Below are positions 23,344 through 36,221 of a DNA stretch of 64,000 nucleotides, piece by piece. Location: the NCBI RefSeq assembly GCF_963921235.1, contig NC_086097.1, forward strand, positions 232,006,001 to 232,070,000. The letters are read 5' to 3'. The position numbers were made by a program, and so were the translations under genes. The notes below the pieces were generated by a model. It was given only the letters and a program-made list of their open reading frames with translations, did not search any database and was not told the DNA's origin. The stretch is from Mobula hypostoma (taxonomy: Eukaryota). How positions within the stretch are numbered: position 1 is the first letter of the stretch; each line of letters begins with the position of its first letter.

Positions 23344-24598
23344 AACACATATGAGCCAATCTGAACATGGAAAATTAAAAAGAATGGGCTTTAAGCATGT
23401 ATTTCATTCATCATATAAATTGAGTCACAAAAGAGGGGTAGCTACTTTAATATCAAGTACTCTTAATTATGAACATATTTCAGAGACTAGAGACAAAGAA
23501 GGACGGTTTGTAAAAATCACAGGAAGAATAGAAGGTACAGAAATAACATTGCTGAATGTTTATGCTCCTCCAGGTAGTGAATGGTCATTTTATAGACACA
23601 TTTTTGACCTAATGCTCAGTTCTCGAGGGGTAGTAATTTGTGGAGGGGATTTTAATATTAGATTAAATCCTATATTAGATTCTTCAAGAATAGTTACTCA
23701 GAATAAACCTCTGACTCGGAAAGTGAATTCATTGATGGAGGAGTTGGGAATTATAGATGTCTGGAGGGAATTACACCCTACTAGTAAAGATTATACATAT
23801 TACTGTTTCCCTCATTCAGCCTATTCAAGGATAGACTATTTCTTTATCTTAAATACAGATAGACTCAGGATAAAAAACTGTAATATTGCAATAATTGATC
23901 TGTCGGATCATAGCCCAGTCTCTATGTCTCTAATCCTGGAAAGGAAAATGAGGAAAACACTATGGAGGCTAAACTCACATATTTTATCAAATCTGGAATA
24001 AATGGATTGAATATATAACCCCAATGCGAGCAGACTTTAGATAACTCTCCTAATGATTTATATTGCTCTTCTCATCAACACAGTAATATTGCTAACGTAA
24101 GCACCCCTAGTCTAAATGTTTGTTGTTTTTTTTGGAAAATAGAGAATTAACACAAGTAAAGGGAAAGATTTGGGAAAGGTATATAAAAAAAATGAAAAAA
24201 TTAAGTAAACAAGTACATAGGGATTGGATAATTATGTCTGCGGGCAGGAACAAGCGTGAACAAATTGGGATATAAACACCTACAATGGTTGGTATATAGG
24301 CTTGTATGCAACATTTTGGACCAGTGGAAATGGTCCAGAAGGGTTGCATGGAAACTATTATTACCATTTTTCTTAACAACTAATTTCATTACTTAGCCTA
24401 ATAGGTTAGATTTATCACAGTACATAATTATCTATTTAAATGTTTATTTTCCTTTTATATCATCTCAATGTCTACTTAAGAATGTATAAATAACTGTGGT
24501 TTTGTACATATAAAAGAATGGAAAAGGTTATATGTGTGAAAAAAGTACATGATAATTGTGAATTCCTTATCCAAATAAAAATAAAATTTAAAAAAAAA
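23344..24598 (+). mobile_element. L1 retrotransposon: 5'-truncated and internally deleted (APE endonuclease joined to ORF2 C-terminus, 3' UTR and poly-A)
   Basis: ORF 23351-24001 has APE motifs (KRGVATLI, DKEGR, NVYAP, GGDFN, YSRIDY, SDHSP, WRLN). aataaa and poly-A at 24573-24598. 16-bp TSD gagttaacattatcaa (23328-23343 and 24599-24614). Confidence 0.92.
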
Positions 24599-25564
24599 GA
24601 GTTAACATTATCAATCCAAGCAAAGGATAACACATTAGCATGTGAAGTTTTCACTTTTCCCTGCCATGAGCTATAAGGGAAAATGATGAACTGATTGTGA
24701 AACTTCGGTAAAAATAGTTGAAGATTTATTGAAGAGTAAAAATGAAAACAATTGAGTGACAAAATATTTTTAAACATTGCAAAGGAATATCTGTGATGTG
24801 TACATGAAAATTAAAGTAATGATGCATTTTTTAAATGAAGATAGTGCTACTTCAGGCAAAGAAAATGCATAGTTTCAAATTTCAAAATGTCCACAGTCAA
24901 GTTATTTATCAAGCAAGGAGATGATGTCTTATTTTGAGATATTAAAGAACAGACAGATGAAATCATCCAATTATTAGAAAAATGTTTCTGACACTAACAA
25001 AAAGTAGCTGCTATGATTTGAATGCATTGGCTATGCATCTGCAGCTAGAGAACCAAAATTCTCAGCTCTTGATCTTTTTACCTTATAGAAATGATAGCAA
25101 GTTCCAACGTGTGTTTAGAAGTTGCTGGTATTGAAGCCTTGTTCCCTCCACAACATAGTTATTATAGCCATACAATAATAGGTGGTCATTCCAGTGGCTG
25201 CAGATATGGCTGGAATCTCATCTCAGACTCAAAACTCACTGAAGATTGTGAACAGTTTTGTTCACCCTCAACGAATGGAATTAGTAAAATAATATAAATA
25301 CAGAGAATGATGGAAATGCTCAGGAAATCCATCACAAATCATGGAAAGAGAAAGAACATGATTTGTATTGTATTCCATTTTCCAAGCAGATGTTGCCTGT
25401 TTCCAGTAATTACAATTTTTTTAATGTCAGATTTCTAGCATCTGCTGGTTTTTAAATTTTCAGCTACCGAAAATAATAACTGTGCTTTGAAAAAGAGAAC
25501 TGTGCAATTTTTTCTTTGGTCAATGGTGGATGTTGGAAAAGCAGCATTTCAAATGTGAATTTGG

Positions 25565-26235
25565 GATCACTTATTGCATCCGGTGCTGTTGGTGCAGTCT
25601 CCTCCGCATTGGTGAGACCTGACACAGACTGAGGTACTGCTTCGTCGAGCACATTCGCTCCAGGTGCCGTAACAGCCGGGACCACTTGGTGGCCTGCCAC
25701 TTTAACTCCGCTTACACTGGCATGCTTGTACAAACCCCCCTCACTGCCATGATGAGCCCACAAACAAGTTCAAGGAACAACGTATCATAGTCTGACCTGG
25801 TCGTCTCTGAACTGATCGATTTCCCTAACTTCGGGAAACCACTTCCCTCTGCCTTCTGAAACCCCCCACCCTGCACCCAACCTTACCTCTCTATCCCTTT
25901 TTCCCTCCCCCTCTTGCTTCCTCTGGTTCCCCTTTACTATCCTCTCCCATCAGATTCCACTGTGGTCAGCCCTCTGCCTCTTCCACTTGTCATCTCCCAG
26001 CTTCTCATATCGTCCCACTTTCCTTTCTTCCCTCCTACCTGCCTTCCCCCCCTCACCTGGATTCACCTTTCACCTCCTTGTGCTCCTCCTACTCCTTCTC
26101 ATCCTTTGATCCTGCCTTCTGAACTCCTCCTTTCCAGTCCTGGTGAAAGGACTGAGCGCAAATGTTGTCTGTTCATTTCCGTCCACGGTTGCTGCCTGAC
26201 CGTTGAGCTCCTCCAACGTTTTGCTTGTTGCTAGA
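25565..26235 (+). mobile_element. Penelope-like element 3' end (decayed GIY-YIG)
   Basis: Translates as YCIRC…IGET*HRL..CFVEHIRS…VACHFNS, followed by a C/T-rich UTR and a degenerate hammerhead near 26136. Confidence 0.8.
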
Positions 26236-26540
26236 TTGAATTACTAACTACTTTCCTGTTTCTCAGGGAGTGAAACAGGAAACTAGTGAGACTTAGTGTC
26301 AGAACAGTTACTTATTCAGATAAATTGCAATAGTGAACACCTGGAATGATTTCTTTTTTCCAATTGAGATATCACATGGACGTGTACTGAGAGGCAGAGA
26401 CCTGTCTGATTCATTGAACATGGGACAAATAATTCACTCGATTTCAAGCAATGATTCATTTAAAAATTGAGTTGCTGAAGAGAAGAATTTGTGCTACACT
26501 AAATCCTTGTTATCTGTAAAGAAAATAAGACCATGAGATA

Positions 26541-26724
26541 CTCTAGGAAAAGGTACAGTCGACGTTTCAGGCCGAGACCCTTCGTCAGGACTAACTGAAA
26601 GAAGAGTGAGTAAGGGATTTGAAAGTGATCTCCTAGAGATGCTGCCTGCTGCGTTCACCAGCAACTTTTATGTGTTTTGTTTGAAATCCCAGCATCTGCA
26701 GATTTCCTTGTGTTTGCATTTTTA
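26541..26724. mobile_element. Mini Penelope-like insert with inverted halves, in a CR1 3' tail
   Basis: 14-bp TSD aagaccatgagata (26527-26540 and 26725-26738). Confidence 0.8.
26557..26592 (-). ncRNA. Minimal type I hammerhead ribozyme
   Basis: - strand reads agtc-CTGACGA-a-ggg(tctcgg)cct-GAAA-cg-TC^gact. Core intact, one G-U pair in stem II. Confidence 0.75.
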
Positions 26725-27095
26725 AAGACCATGAGATATAGGAGCAGAATTTGGCCCATTGCGTGTGCTCCACAATTTCATCATGGCTGATCCAATTTTC
26801 ATCATGGCTGATCCATTTTCCCTTTCAGCCCCAATCTCCTGCCTTCTCCCTACATCCTTTCATGCCCTGACTAATCAAGAATCAATCAACCTCTGCCTTA
26901 AATGTACATAAAGACTTGGCTCCAGAGCTGTTTATGACAACAAAATCCACAGATTCACCAATCTCTGGCTAAAATTAAAAGCCTCCTCACCTCTGTTCTA
27001 AAAGGACACCCCTCCATTCTGAGGCTGTGTCTTCTGGTCCTAGACTCCCCCATAATAGGAAACATCCTTTTCACATCCACTCAATCACGGCCCTC
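26725..27095 (-). mobile_element. CR1 LINE 3' fragment
   Basis: Similar to 2528-2920 and 10161-10517, with a small tandem duplication of tttcatcatggctgatcca. Confidence 0.8.
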
Positions 27096-27704
27096 GGGAA
27101 AACGGGAAAAGACTTCCGCTAATAGCAAACACACGTACTACTAAAAATCTCAAATTTGTACCCAATGCACATTTTCAAATGAACATAAATTTGCTTTAAA
27201 ATATTATAAATGCATTAATACACATTAATAAGCAGAGTAAAATAATTAAATACCTTTTTAGGTATTTTCTGATAAACTACTTTGCATTTGAAAGGTATGA
27301 AATTAGAATGGGTGTAGCCACATAAACAAAAAACACTCTCTATTCAAGCAGTGAACAGCAGGGACCTATTTGACATAAGTGGTCTGGAAACTTATCAGCA
27401 TATTTATACAGACAGAAAAGACAGAACATACAGCATAGGAACAAGCCCTTTGGCCAAGATGTCTGCACCGATCATCATGCCAAATAAAACTAGACTTTGT
27501 CCGCCTGCACATGATCCATATCCCTCCATGTCCTGGATATTTATCTGTGTCAAAAAGAGCCTCTTTGTATCTGCCTCACCACTGCTCATAGTAGCAGGAT
27601 TGCAGGCACCTACCAAAGTTCAAAATTCAAAGAAACTTTGAACCTTACCACTCTCTGTGTAAAAATAAACTAGCGCCTCACATCTCCCAGAAAACTTTCC
27701 CCCA

Positions 27705-28565
27705 GATTCTCAATACACTCACAACTGCATGGCCAGCTTCTGCTCTAACTGCAACTGCAAGATTGCAGATGATACCACCGGGCTACATTCTCAAGTAACG
27801 ATGAGACAGAGTACAGGAAGGAGAAAGGGAGCTTAGTTGCATGATGTCATGATAGCTATTCCTTCAATGTCAGTGAAACAGGAGAGCTGATCATTGACTT
27901 TGGGAAATGGGAGGGGGCAGTGCACATGCTCATGTTTCTACCAATGGTGCTAAGGTTGAGAGGGTTGAAAGCTTCTGTTCCTAGGAGTGAGCATCACCAA
28001 TATGCCGTCCTAGTCCAACCACATAGAAGCCAGAGCCAATAAAGCTCGCCAGCACCTCCAGTTCCTCAGGAAGCCAAAGAAACTTGGCATCTCTTCTTTG
28101 TCCCTTACTAATTTTTATCAATGCACTTTAGAAAGCATCTCATCAGGATGCACCGTGGCTTGGTACGGCCACTGCTCTGCCCGTGACCGCAAGAAACCGC
28201 AGAGAGTTGTGGACACAACTCAGCACATCACAGAGACCAGCATCCCCTCCAGGAACTCAGTCTACAGTACTTGCTGCCTCAGTAAAGCATCCAGCATAAT
28301 AAAACACCCCAGCCACGCCAGACATACCCCCTTCTCCCCCCACCTCCTCGCCCCATCAGGCAAATGATAGAGAAGCCTTGAAAGCATGTGTCTCCAGACT
28401 CAGGAACATCTTCAACCCATTATTCTGAGACTATTGACTGGTTCCCTAGTACGATAAGACACACTCCTGACCACACAATTTATGACCTCCCCTTCTTGCC
28501 CACCCGCACTGCACTCTCTCTGTAAGTGTAACACTTGATTCTATTGTTTTAGCTTGTACTACTGA
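27705..28565 (+). mobile_element. Decayed Rex1/Babar-type RT C-terminal fragment
   Basis: KIADDT remnant and ORF 28098-28367 (LTNFYQCTLESI.SGC.VAWYG…DRKK.QRVV…PSG), homologous to 45932-47086. Confidence 0.8.
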
Positions 28566-28629
28566 TGCACAGATTCCAGAGGCCCAATCAGCGGTGGGAA
28601 CAGAGCACTTTAAGGAGGTCACTTGCAGG

Positions 28630-29015
28630 TCGACGAACAGTTGCAGCAGTGTGTACTATCTACAAGATGCACTGCAGCAACACACCAAAACTCCTAAGGC
28701 AGCACCTCCCAGACACACAACCGCTACCATCCAGAAGGATGAGAACAGCAGGTACCTGGGAACACCATCACTTGGAAATCCCTCTCCAAGTCACTCAGCA
28801 ACCTGACTTGGACATATCGCTGTTCCTTCATTGTCACTGGGTCAAAATCACAGAATTCCCTCCCTAACAGCACTGTGGGTGTACCCACACCTCAGGGACT
28901 GCAGCGGTTCAAGAAGGCAGCTCATCACCACGTTCTCAAGGGCAACTAGGGATGGGCAATAGATGCTGGCTTACCTGGCGATGCCCACACCCTATAAGTG
29001 AATGAATGAATAAAT
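28630..29015 (+). mobile_element. CR1/L2-clade LINE 3' end
   Basis: RRTVAAVCTIYKMHC…LRQHLP remnant and the tail agggcaactagggatgggcaa…gcccacac…(tgaa)n. Confidence 0.7.
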
Positions 29016-29024
29016 AAGTAAACA

Positions 29025-32000
29025 GGGGCAGTGAAGCCTGTATAAAAGGAGAACTTCGCGGGCACTTGGAGATTCTGGAGGCCCAGTCAGCGGTGGGAAC
29101 AGAGCACTGTGAAGTAAATAAAAGCACAGAAGGGACTTGCAGGGCAGCCATTGTTGGGAGTGGGAGTGTCGGGCTTTGACTCAAGAATCATTCCCATCAG
29201 GTCCTGGGAACATGTCCACCTTAATGCTCTTCAGATAACACATCTCCTTGATCTCAAATTGTGCTAGCACGTTGCTATGCTCCATAATGCTCTCACTATC
29301 TTCCATATCCCTGGTGAATACCTATGCAAAGCCATCCTTTAGTATCTCGCCCACATCCTCTGACTCCAAACATAAATTCTACTTTTTTTTTAATCCGTGA
29401 ATGGTTTTGCCTTCTCCTTAGTCATTCTGGCGGCCCAGTCAGCAACGGGAGCAGCGCAAAGAGGAGGTTTCTCGCAGGCTGGTGGCAGTCATTTAAAAGG
29501 AGAGCTGTGCGGGCACTCTGTGTCATCCTGGCGGCCCAATCAGTGGCAGGAGAAGTGCAGAGAGGTTAAAATGAAAGCACAGAAGGGACAAGTGGGGCGG
29601 CCATTGTTGGGAGTGGGCCAGCAGTGAGAGTGGAGAGTCAGGCTTTGGCTTAAAGGAGGCTCCAGCCCGGAGTCTCCCAAGGAACTACATCTGTGTGAAG
29701 TGCATCTGGCTGCAACTCCTTGAAGATCATGTTAGGAATCTGGAGCAGCAACTGGATGATCTTTGGCTTGTACAGGAGATTGAGGAAGTCATCGATTGGA
29801 GTTAGACCATAAGAGCATAAGACATAGGAGCAGAATAGGTCATCTGGCCCATCAAGTCTGCTCCTCAACCCCATCTCCCAAGCCTTCTCCCCGTAACCTT
29901 TTGATGCCATGTCCATTCAAGAACCTGTCAATCTCTGCCTTAAATACACCCAACAGCCTGGCCTCCACATCTGCATGTGACATAAAATTCCACAAATTCA
30001 CCACCCTTCGGCTAAAGAAATTTCTCCACATCTCTGTTTTGAAAGGGCGCCCCCTCTATCCTAAGGCCGTGTGAGTTATGGGGAAGTAGTCACCACTAAG
30101 CTGCAGGAGGCAGGTAGCTCGGTGACTGTCAGGAAAATGGCTGGAACTGTGAATAGGCAGTTAGCGCAGAGCACCCCATGGCCATACTCCTCAATAATAA
30201 GTATACTTTTCTGGATACTGTTGTGAGGGATGACTTCCCAGGGAAATGCCATGGAGACTGGGTTACTTGCACTGAGCATGGGTCCATAGTGTAGAAGGGA
30301 AAGAGGGAGAAGTGGGGGAGCAGAAGTGATAGGGGACTCAATAGTCAGACAGGAGATTCCATGGATTTGAACAGGACATCCGGATAGCATGTTGTCTCCC
30401 AGATGCCAGGGTCAGGGATGTCTCGGATCATGTCCACAGCATTTTGGAGAGGGAGGGGGAGCAGCCAGGTGTCTTGATACATGTTGGTACCAATGACATC
30501 AGAAGAAAAAGCAAAGGGGCCCTGAAGAAAGGATTATTTGGCAGATAAATGCGTAGTTGCGAAGCTGGTGCAGGGGGCAAGGCTTCAGGTTCTTGGATCA
30601 TTGGGATCTTTTCTGGGGCGGTATGACCTGTACAAAAGGGATGGGTTGCACCTGAACCCGAGGGTACCAATATTCTCAGGGGCAGGTTTGTTAGAGCTTT
30701 TGGGAAGGGTTTAAACTAATATAGCAGAGGGATGGAAAACAGAGTGAATGGACTCAGGACAGGACGGAATGTCAAAAAGCAAAGATAGCATGCAGTCAGA
30801 CTGTCAGGAAGGGCAGGCAGATGATAAGACAAAATTGCAGGCAGCTGAGTAAGTATCAGTCCATTAGGGATGTATAATCAAAATGGGTAGCAAATATGGT
30901 ACTCAAAGTGTTACATCTCAATGCACAGAGTATAAGAAATAAGGTTCATGATCTTATTGCCCTATTACAGATTGTCAGGTATGATGCTGTGGCCATCACT
31001 GAATCATGGCAGAAGGATGGCCGTAGTTGGGAGCCGAATGTCCAAGATTACATGTTGTATCAGAGGAATAGGAAGGTAGGCAGATGGGGAAAATGAGGAA
31101 GGTGCAGGATAGATGCATTCCTAAAACAAAGAAACACTCAAATGGCAAAATAGTACAACTGTGGCTGATATGGGAAGTCAAGGCTAATATAAAGGCAAAA
31201 GGGAGGGCATAAAACAAAGCAAAAATTAGTGGGAAGATACAGGATTAGGAAGCTTTTAAAAACCTACAGAAATCAACTAAAAGAATCACTAGGAGGGAAA
31301 AGATGAAATATGAAAGCGGGTTAGCAAACAATATCAAAGTGGATAGTAAAAGTTTTTTCAAGTATGTAAAAGATAAAAGAGAGATGAGAGTGGATATAGG
31401 GCTGCTTGAAAATGAGGCTGGAGAAATAATAATGGGGAACAAGGAAACGGCAAATGAACTAAATGAGTATTTTGCATCAGTCTTCGCTGTGAAAGACACT
31501 AGCAGTATGCCAGGTGTAGAAGCCTGTGAGTGAAGAGTAGTGAGTGCAGTTACTATTACAGGGAGAAAGTGCTCAAAAAGCTGAAAAACCTAAAAGTGTA
31601 TAAGTCACCTGGAGCAGATGAAGGCAGCAGAAAGGAAATTATCGACCAGTTAGCTGGACCTTAGTCATTGGGAAGATGTTGGAGCCAATGGTTAAGGATG
31701 AGGTTATGGAGTACTTGGTGACACAGGACAAGATATGACAATGTCAGCATGGATTCCTTAAGGGAAAACTTGCCTGATGAACCTTTTCAGGTTGGCTGCC
31801 AGTGACTAGTGGTGTTCTGTAGGGTTTGGTGTTGGGACCGCTTCTCTTTATGCTGTATATCAATGATTTAGATAATGGAATAGATGACTTTGTTGCCAAG
31901 TTTGCAGATGATATGAAGATTGGTGGAAAGGCAGGTAGTGTTGAGGACACAGACAGGCTAGTGAAACATATAGTCAGATTAGGAGAATGGACAAGAAAGT

Positions 32001-32795
32001 GGCAAATGAAATACAATGCTGGAAAATGCTTGGTCATGCACTTTAGTAGAAGAAATAAATGTGCAGGGTATTTTCTAAACGGGGAGAAAATCCCAAAATC
32101 TGAGATGCAAAGAAACTTGGGAGTCCTTATGCTGAACAACCTTAAAGGTTAGCATGCAGGTTGAGTCAGAGGTGAGGAAGGCACATGCAATGTTAGCATT
32201 CATTTGAAGAGGTCTAGAATACAAGAGCAGGGATGTAATGCTGAGGAATTATAAGGCACTGGTGAGGCCTCACCTTGAGTGTTGTGAACAGTTTTGGGGC
32301 CCTCATATAAGGAAAGATGTACTGGTATTGGAGAGGGTTCAGAGGAGGTTCATAGAATGATTCCAGGAATGAAAGGGTTATCATACGAGGAATGTTTGAT
32401 GGCTCTGAGTCTGTACTCGCTGGAATTTAGAAGGATGAGGGGGGATCTCATTGACACCTTTCGAATGTTTGAAGGCCTAGAAAGAGTAGATATGGAAAGG
32501 ATGTTCCCCATGGTGGGGCAGTCTAGGACAAGAGGGTTAGAGGGGCGTCCATTTAAATCAGAGATGCAGAAAATTTTCGTTAGCCAGAGGGTGGTGAATT
32601 TGTGGAATTTTTTATCACAGGCAGCTGGAGAGATCAGGTCGTTTGGTGTATTTAAGGCAGAGGTTGATTGGCCATGGCATCAAATGTAACGGAGAAGGCC
32701 GGAGAGCGGGGTTGAGGATGGGAAATAAAGATCAACCGTGGCTGAAAGGCAGAGCCGATTCAGTGGTCCTAATGGCCTAATCCTTCTCCTATGTC
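29025..32795 (+). mobile_element. Decayed near-full-span CR1 (ORF1 zinc-finger/leucine zipper and SGNH esterase; ORF2 APE and RT) with internal deletions and a nested - strand CR1 tail at about 29805-30070
   Basis: YICVKC…LEQQLDDL (about 29686); LPDARVRDV…HVGTNDI (about 30395-30500); DGLHLNPRG; LHLNAQSIRNK…ITESW (30896-31096); LGPLLFMLYINDL…KFADD (31826-32152); CR1 3' tail. Confidence 0.9.
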
Positions 32796-34569
32796 TTTCG
32801 GTATTATAGTCTTACTGTTTTTGAGACAACATGCTTTTGGATTCTCTTTAATCCTGCTTGCCAGGGATATTCCAAAGTCATTTTTGGCCTTCCTAACCTC
32901 ATGCTTGACCCTTTCCTTGCTAAGTTTATATTCTTCAAGGACCATGTCTGATTTTAGCTTCCAAAACCTCCCTTTGCCTTTTCAACTAAACTTATAACCT
33001 TGCTCCACATTAATGTTCCCTTCCGTTGCTATTCTTATCTTTCTTTCTTACTAGAACATTAGGCAGTCCTTAACTCCAATCAGGTGACCTTTAAACAACT
33101 CCAACATATCATATGTGGACTGGCCTAATATCTGCTGCTCCTAATTAACTCTCCCTAGCTTCTGTCTAATAATATCAGAATTGCCTTCCCCCAATGTGGT
33201 ACTTTCCCACAAGATCCAGATTTTTGCTTCATCATAAATATCCTAAAATTTATGGAGCTGCCATTACTGTTCCAAAATGCTCTCCCACTGAAAGACTGGG
33301 CTCATTTCTCAAAATGAGATCCAATATGTTCCCTCCTCTAGTTGGAATATTCATGTATTTTTTTCAAGAAACCTTCTTAGATGCACTAAAGAAATTCTGT
33401 CTTCTGTCCCATCTAAGCCTCTTGCACTAAGAAAGTCCCAGTCAGTATTAGTGAAGTTAAAGTCACCCACTATGACATGCCTTTTACATCTTTCTCTACT
33501 CTATTGGCCTATCTATTCCATTCAGACAACAGCTGGCTTGTCAATATATTGATTTTTTTAAACTATTGAAATAAATCCTGGGGGTGAACTCACAGTATAA
33601 GAAGAGAAGGAAAACAATTACCTACTGTTGAATTTATAATCAGATTGGTTCCCTCGTTCAAGTGGAAGAGGTCACACCAATTCTGGCATGAAGCTGAATA
33701 GCCCGATACCAGGAACACTCCAGATCTCAACTCAGCTCTGCTGAGATCAGAAGTGGAGTGAGAGTTCAGGTATCCCAGCATCAACTGGGCAATGTAGAGG
33801 CCAGCAGCATTTGTGAATTGAACAGGTCGCACTGACATAGTCAGATGTTCCAGCATTACAATCTTGACTTCTGAGTTACAATGTTCAGGTGCAGAAATCA
33901 AGAACGTGTTGATCTGTGCATTGTTTTTAGCTGGTGATTCTCACGGGAACTAACAAATGAAATTCAGTCATGCCCCTTGTGTTGGATAGTAACACTGGTT
34001 CCACTGAATATGGAACTAATATAGGAATAAAGGAGAAGAGGTGGGCTTGCGTGTCATCTATTGCACTCCCTTTATGATGATCAGCAGGAGGCATGACTAA
34101 CTTTGACAGCTTAATCATGTTTGCATTTAACCAAGATACCAAGTTAATGGTGCTACATGTAGACCGTCCTCAGTACAGACGGCAGAAATACAGTTGGGAT
34201 CTTCTTTTAAGGACTTTAAGAAGGACAGATCTGTGTGGTGTGAGTGAAACAGAGCAACAGGGTCTTAAAATGTGGGATTTTTTTTTTACACTGGCAAGGA
34301 CTTGGATCTGGAAGCTTCCTTGGAGAAAGTAAGATGTGAGTAGCTAATTGCAGCTGTGGATCCCAAGTACTGCTAAAAATGGGCACCTACTGGATTATAT
34401 TGTCTCTGGTTTGTGAACTGTAGTGAAGAACTGTCAATGGCACCTTGGTGGATGTGTGAACGATGATACTGGAAACTTGGATTTCCATATATTATTGAGA
34501 TCCCTGCCTGTTACCAGAAACCACCCGGTTCAGACTTGTGCCATTTATTGAGTTATTATAGTAACACGT

Positions 34570-35606
34570 TTGAAATATTACAGAGAACTCTAGATCTAGA
34601 TTTGAAAGACCTCCGCCTATTCAGAAATCTGTACTAGGAACAAACTGCTGCTGTAAGAATAGATGGGGAAGTGAGTCAGTTTACGAAAATCAAAAGAGAC
34701 GTTAGACAAAGCTGTGTTTTCTCCCCTGATTCATTTAATGTGTACAGTGAAACAATATTACAAAAAATAAGAGACATCTTGGGAATCAAAGTTGGTGGTG
34801 AAAACGTCAATAATTTCAGAAATGCAGATGACACTGTGTTAATTGCAAGTATGGAGGAAGAACTACAAAACCTAATTGATATAATTGTTGAAGAAAGTGC
34901 AAAAATGGGTCTATCTATCAATTGCAAGAAGACAGAATGTATGGTGATACCCAAAAAGAAGGAGAATCCGATCTGCAGGCTTAGAATAAATGGGGAAGAC
35001 ATAAAACAAGTACAGAATTTTTGCTACTTAGGAAGCTGGGTGACATCAGATGGCAGGTGCGACCTAGACATCAAAAGAAGAATAGGGATGGCAAAAGACA
35101 CCTTTTTACGAGAATGAATAGTATACTGACCAATACTAAACTAGGCATGACAACCCGCCTCAGATTACTGAAATGTTATGTTTATCCAGTTAAGTTATAT
35201 GGCTCAGAATGTTGGACAATATCTAGTAACATGAGGAAACAAATTGTAGCAGCAGAAATGTGGTTTTTGAGGAGGATGCAAAGAATATCATGGACGAAAC
35301 GAATATCTAACGAGGATGTCATGAACAGAACAAACACAAAATGAGAAATAATGTATGAGGTCATGAAAAGGCAACGTAACTTCATTGGACATGTGATTAG
35401 GAAAGAGGAGTTAGAATGCACGGTAATTATGGGAAAGATTGAAGGGAAGAAAGCAAGAGGAAGACAAAGACAAATAATGATGGAGACAGCAGCCAGAGAA
35501 CTGGAAATGAATACCATTGAATTGATCCACTTGACTCGAAACAGGAGTGTGTGGGCCATGGCAGTCAAAGCTCAAACTGGGCATGGTACCTGATGATGAT
35601 GATGAC
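34570..35606 (+). mobile_element. 5'-truncated RTE-clade LINE (RT pseudogene)
   Basis: ORFs 34671-35117 (VRQSCVFSP…NADDTVLIA…FCYLGS), 35021-35344 (LYGSECW) and 35351-35593. (tga)n tail. 10-bp TSD agtaacacgt (34560-34569 and 35607-35616). Confidence 0.92.
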
Positions 35607-35762
35607 AGTAACACGTGCAATCGAATTAAGTTTCACAATTGGCTTTCAAGTCTCCAAAAGGCGGAGAAAATCATCAAGGTTTTGCGCTCTTGATTGCCAT
35701 CTGACACTTGTTGAAGTGCCATATTGGTGACATCAGATATGTGCAGGATTAGTCTCAACTAT

Positions 35763-35893
35763 CCCGCGAAGGGTCTCGGCCCGAAATGTCAACTCTATTC
35801 TTTTCCATAGATGCTACCTGGCCTGCTGAGCTCCTGCAGCATTTTGTGTGTGTCGCTCGGATTTCCAGCATCTGCAGATTTTCCCTTGCTTGT
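35763..35893 (+). mobile_element. 131-bp mini Penelope-like insert starting inside the hammerhead core
   Basis: 16-bp TSD gattagtctcaactat (35747-35762 and 35894-35909). Confidence 0.85.
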
Positions 35894-36221
35894 GATTAGT
35901 CTCAACTATGATTCTGAATCAAATTACAACCTCAGTCATTGCTGAGGCTTAAATCATAAGAGGTAGCTGGCAAGATACATGAAATTGTTTATTGCTAGAG
36001 AATCTACTCAAGTCCTGATGGCTGGTACACTGTTGAATTGTGAACGCTCACAGTTCAGGAACATCATAGGAATATGCGCAGGAACCTAGAAAATCAAGCA
36101 GGTGGTATCCATAAGCACCTGGCCAATTTTGATGATGCATAACAATTTCTGAAGAATCTCTTTAGCCGGCCCTCCAGAGCACCAGGAGTTCTCTGAGTTA
36201 AATAACACGTTCTACTCTAGG

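Noticed and set aside
25089..25297. Possible + strand exon or ORF after a pyrimidine-rich AG
   Set aside because: No strong donor and the peptide is unrecognisable.
33590..33901. 103-aa ORF in unique sequence
   Set aside because: Non-ATG start, no domain similarity and no convincing acceptor. Its length is compatible with chance.
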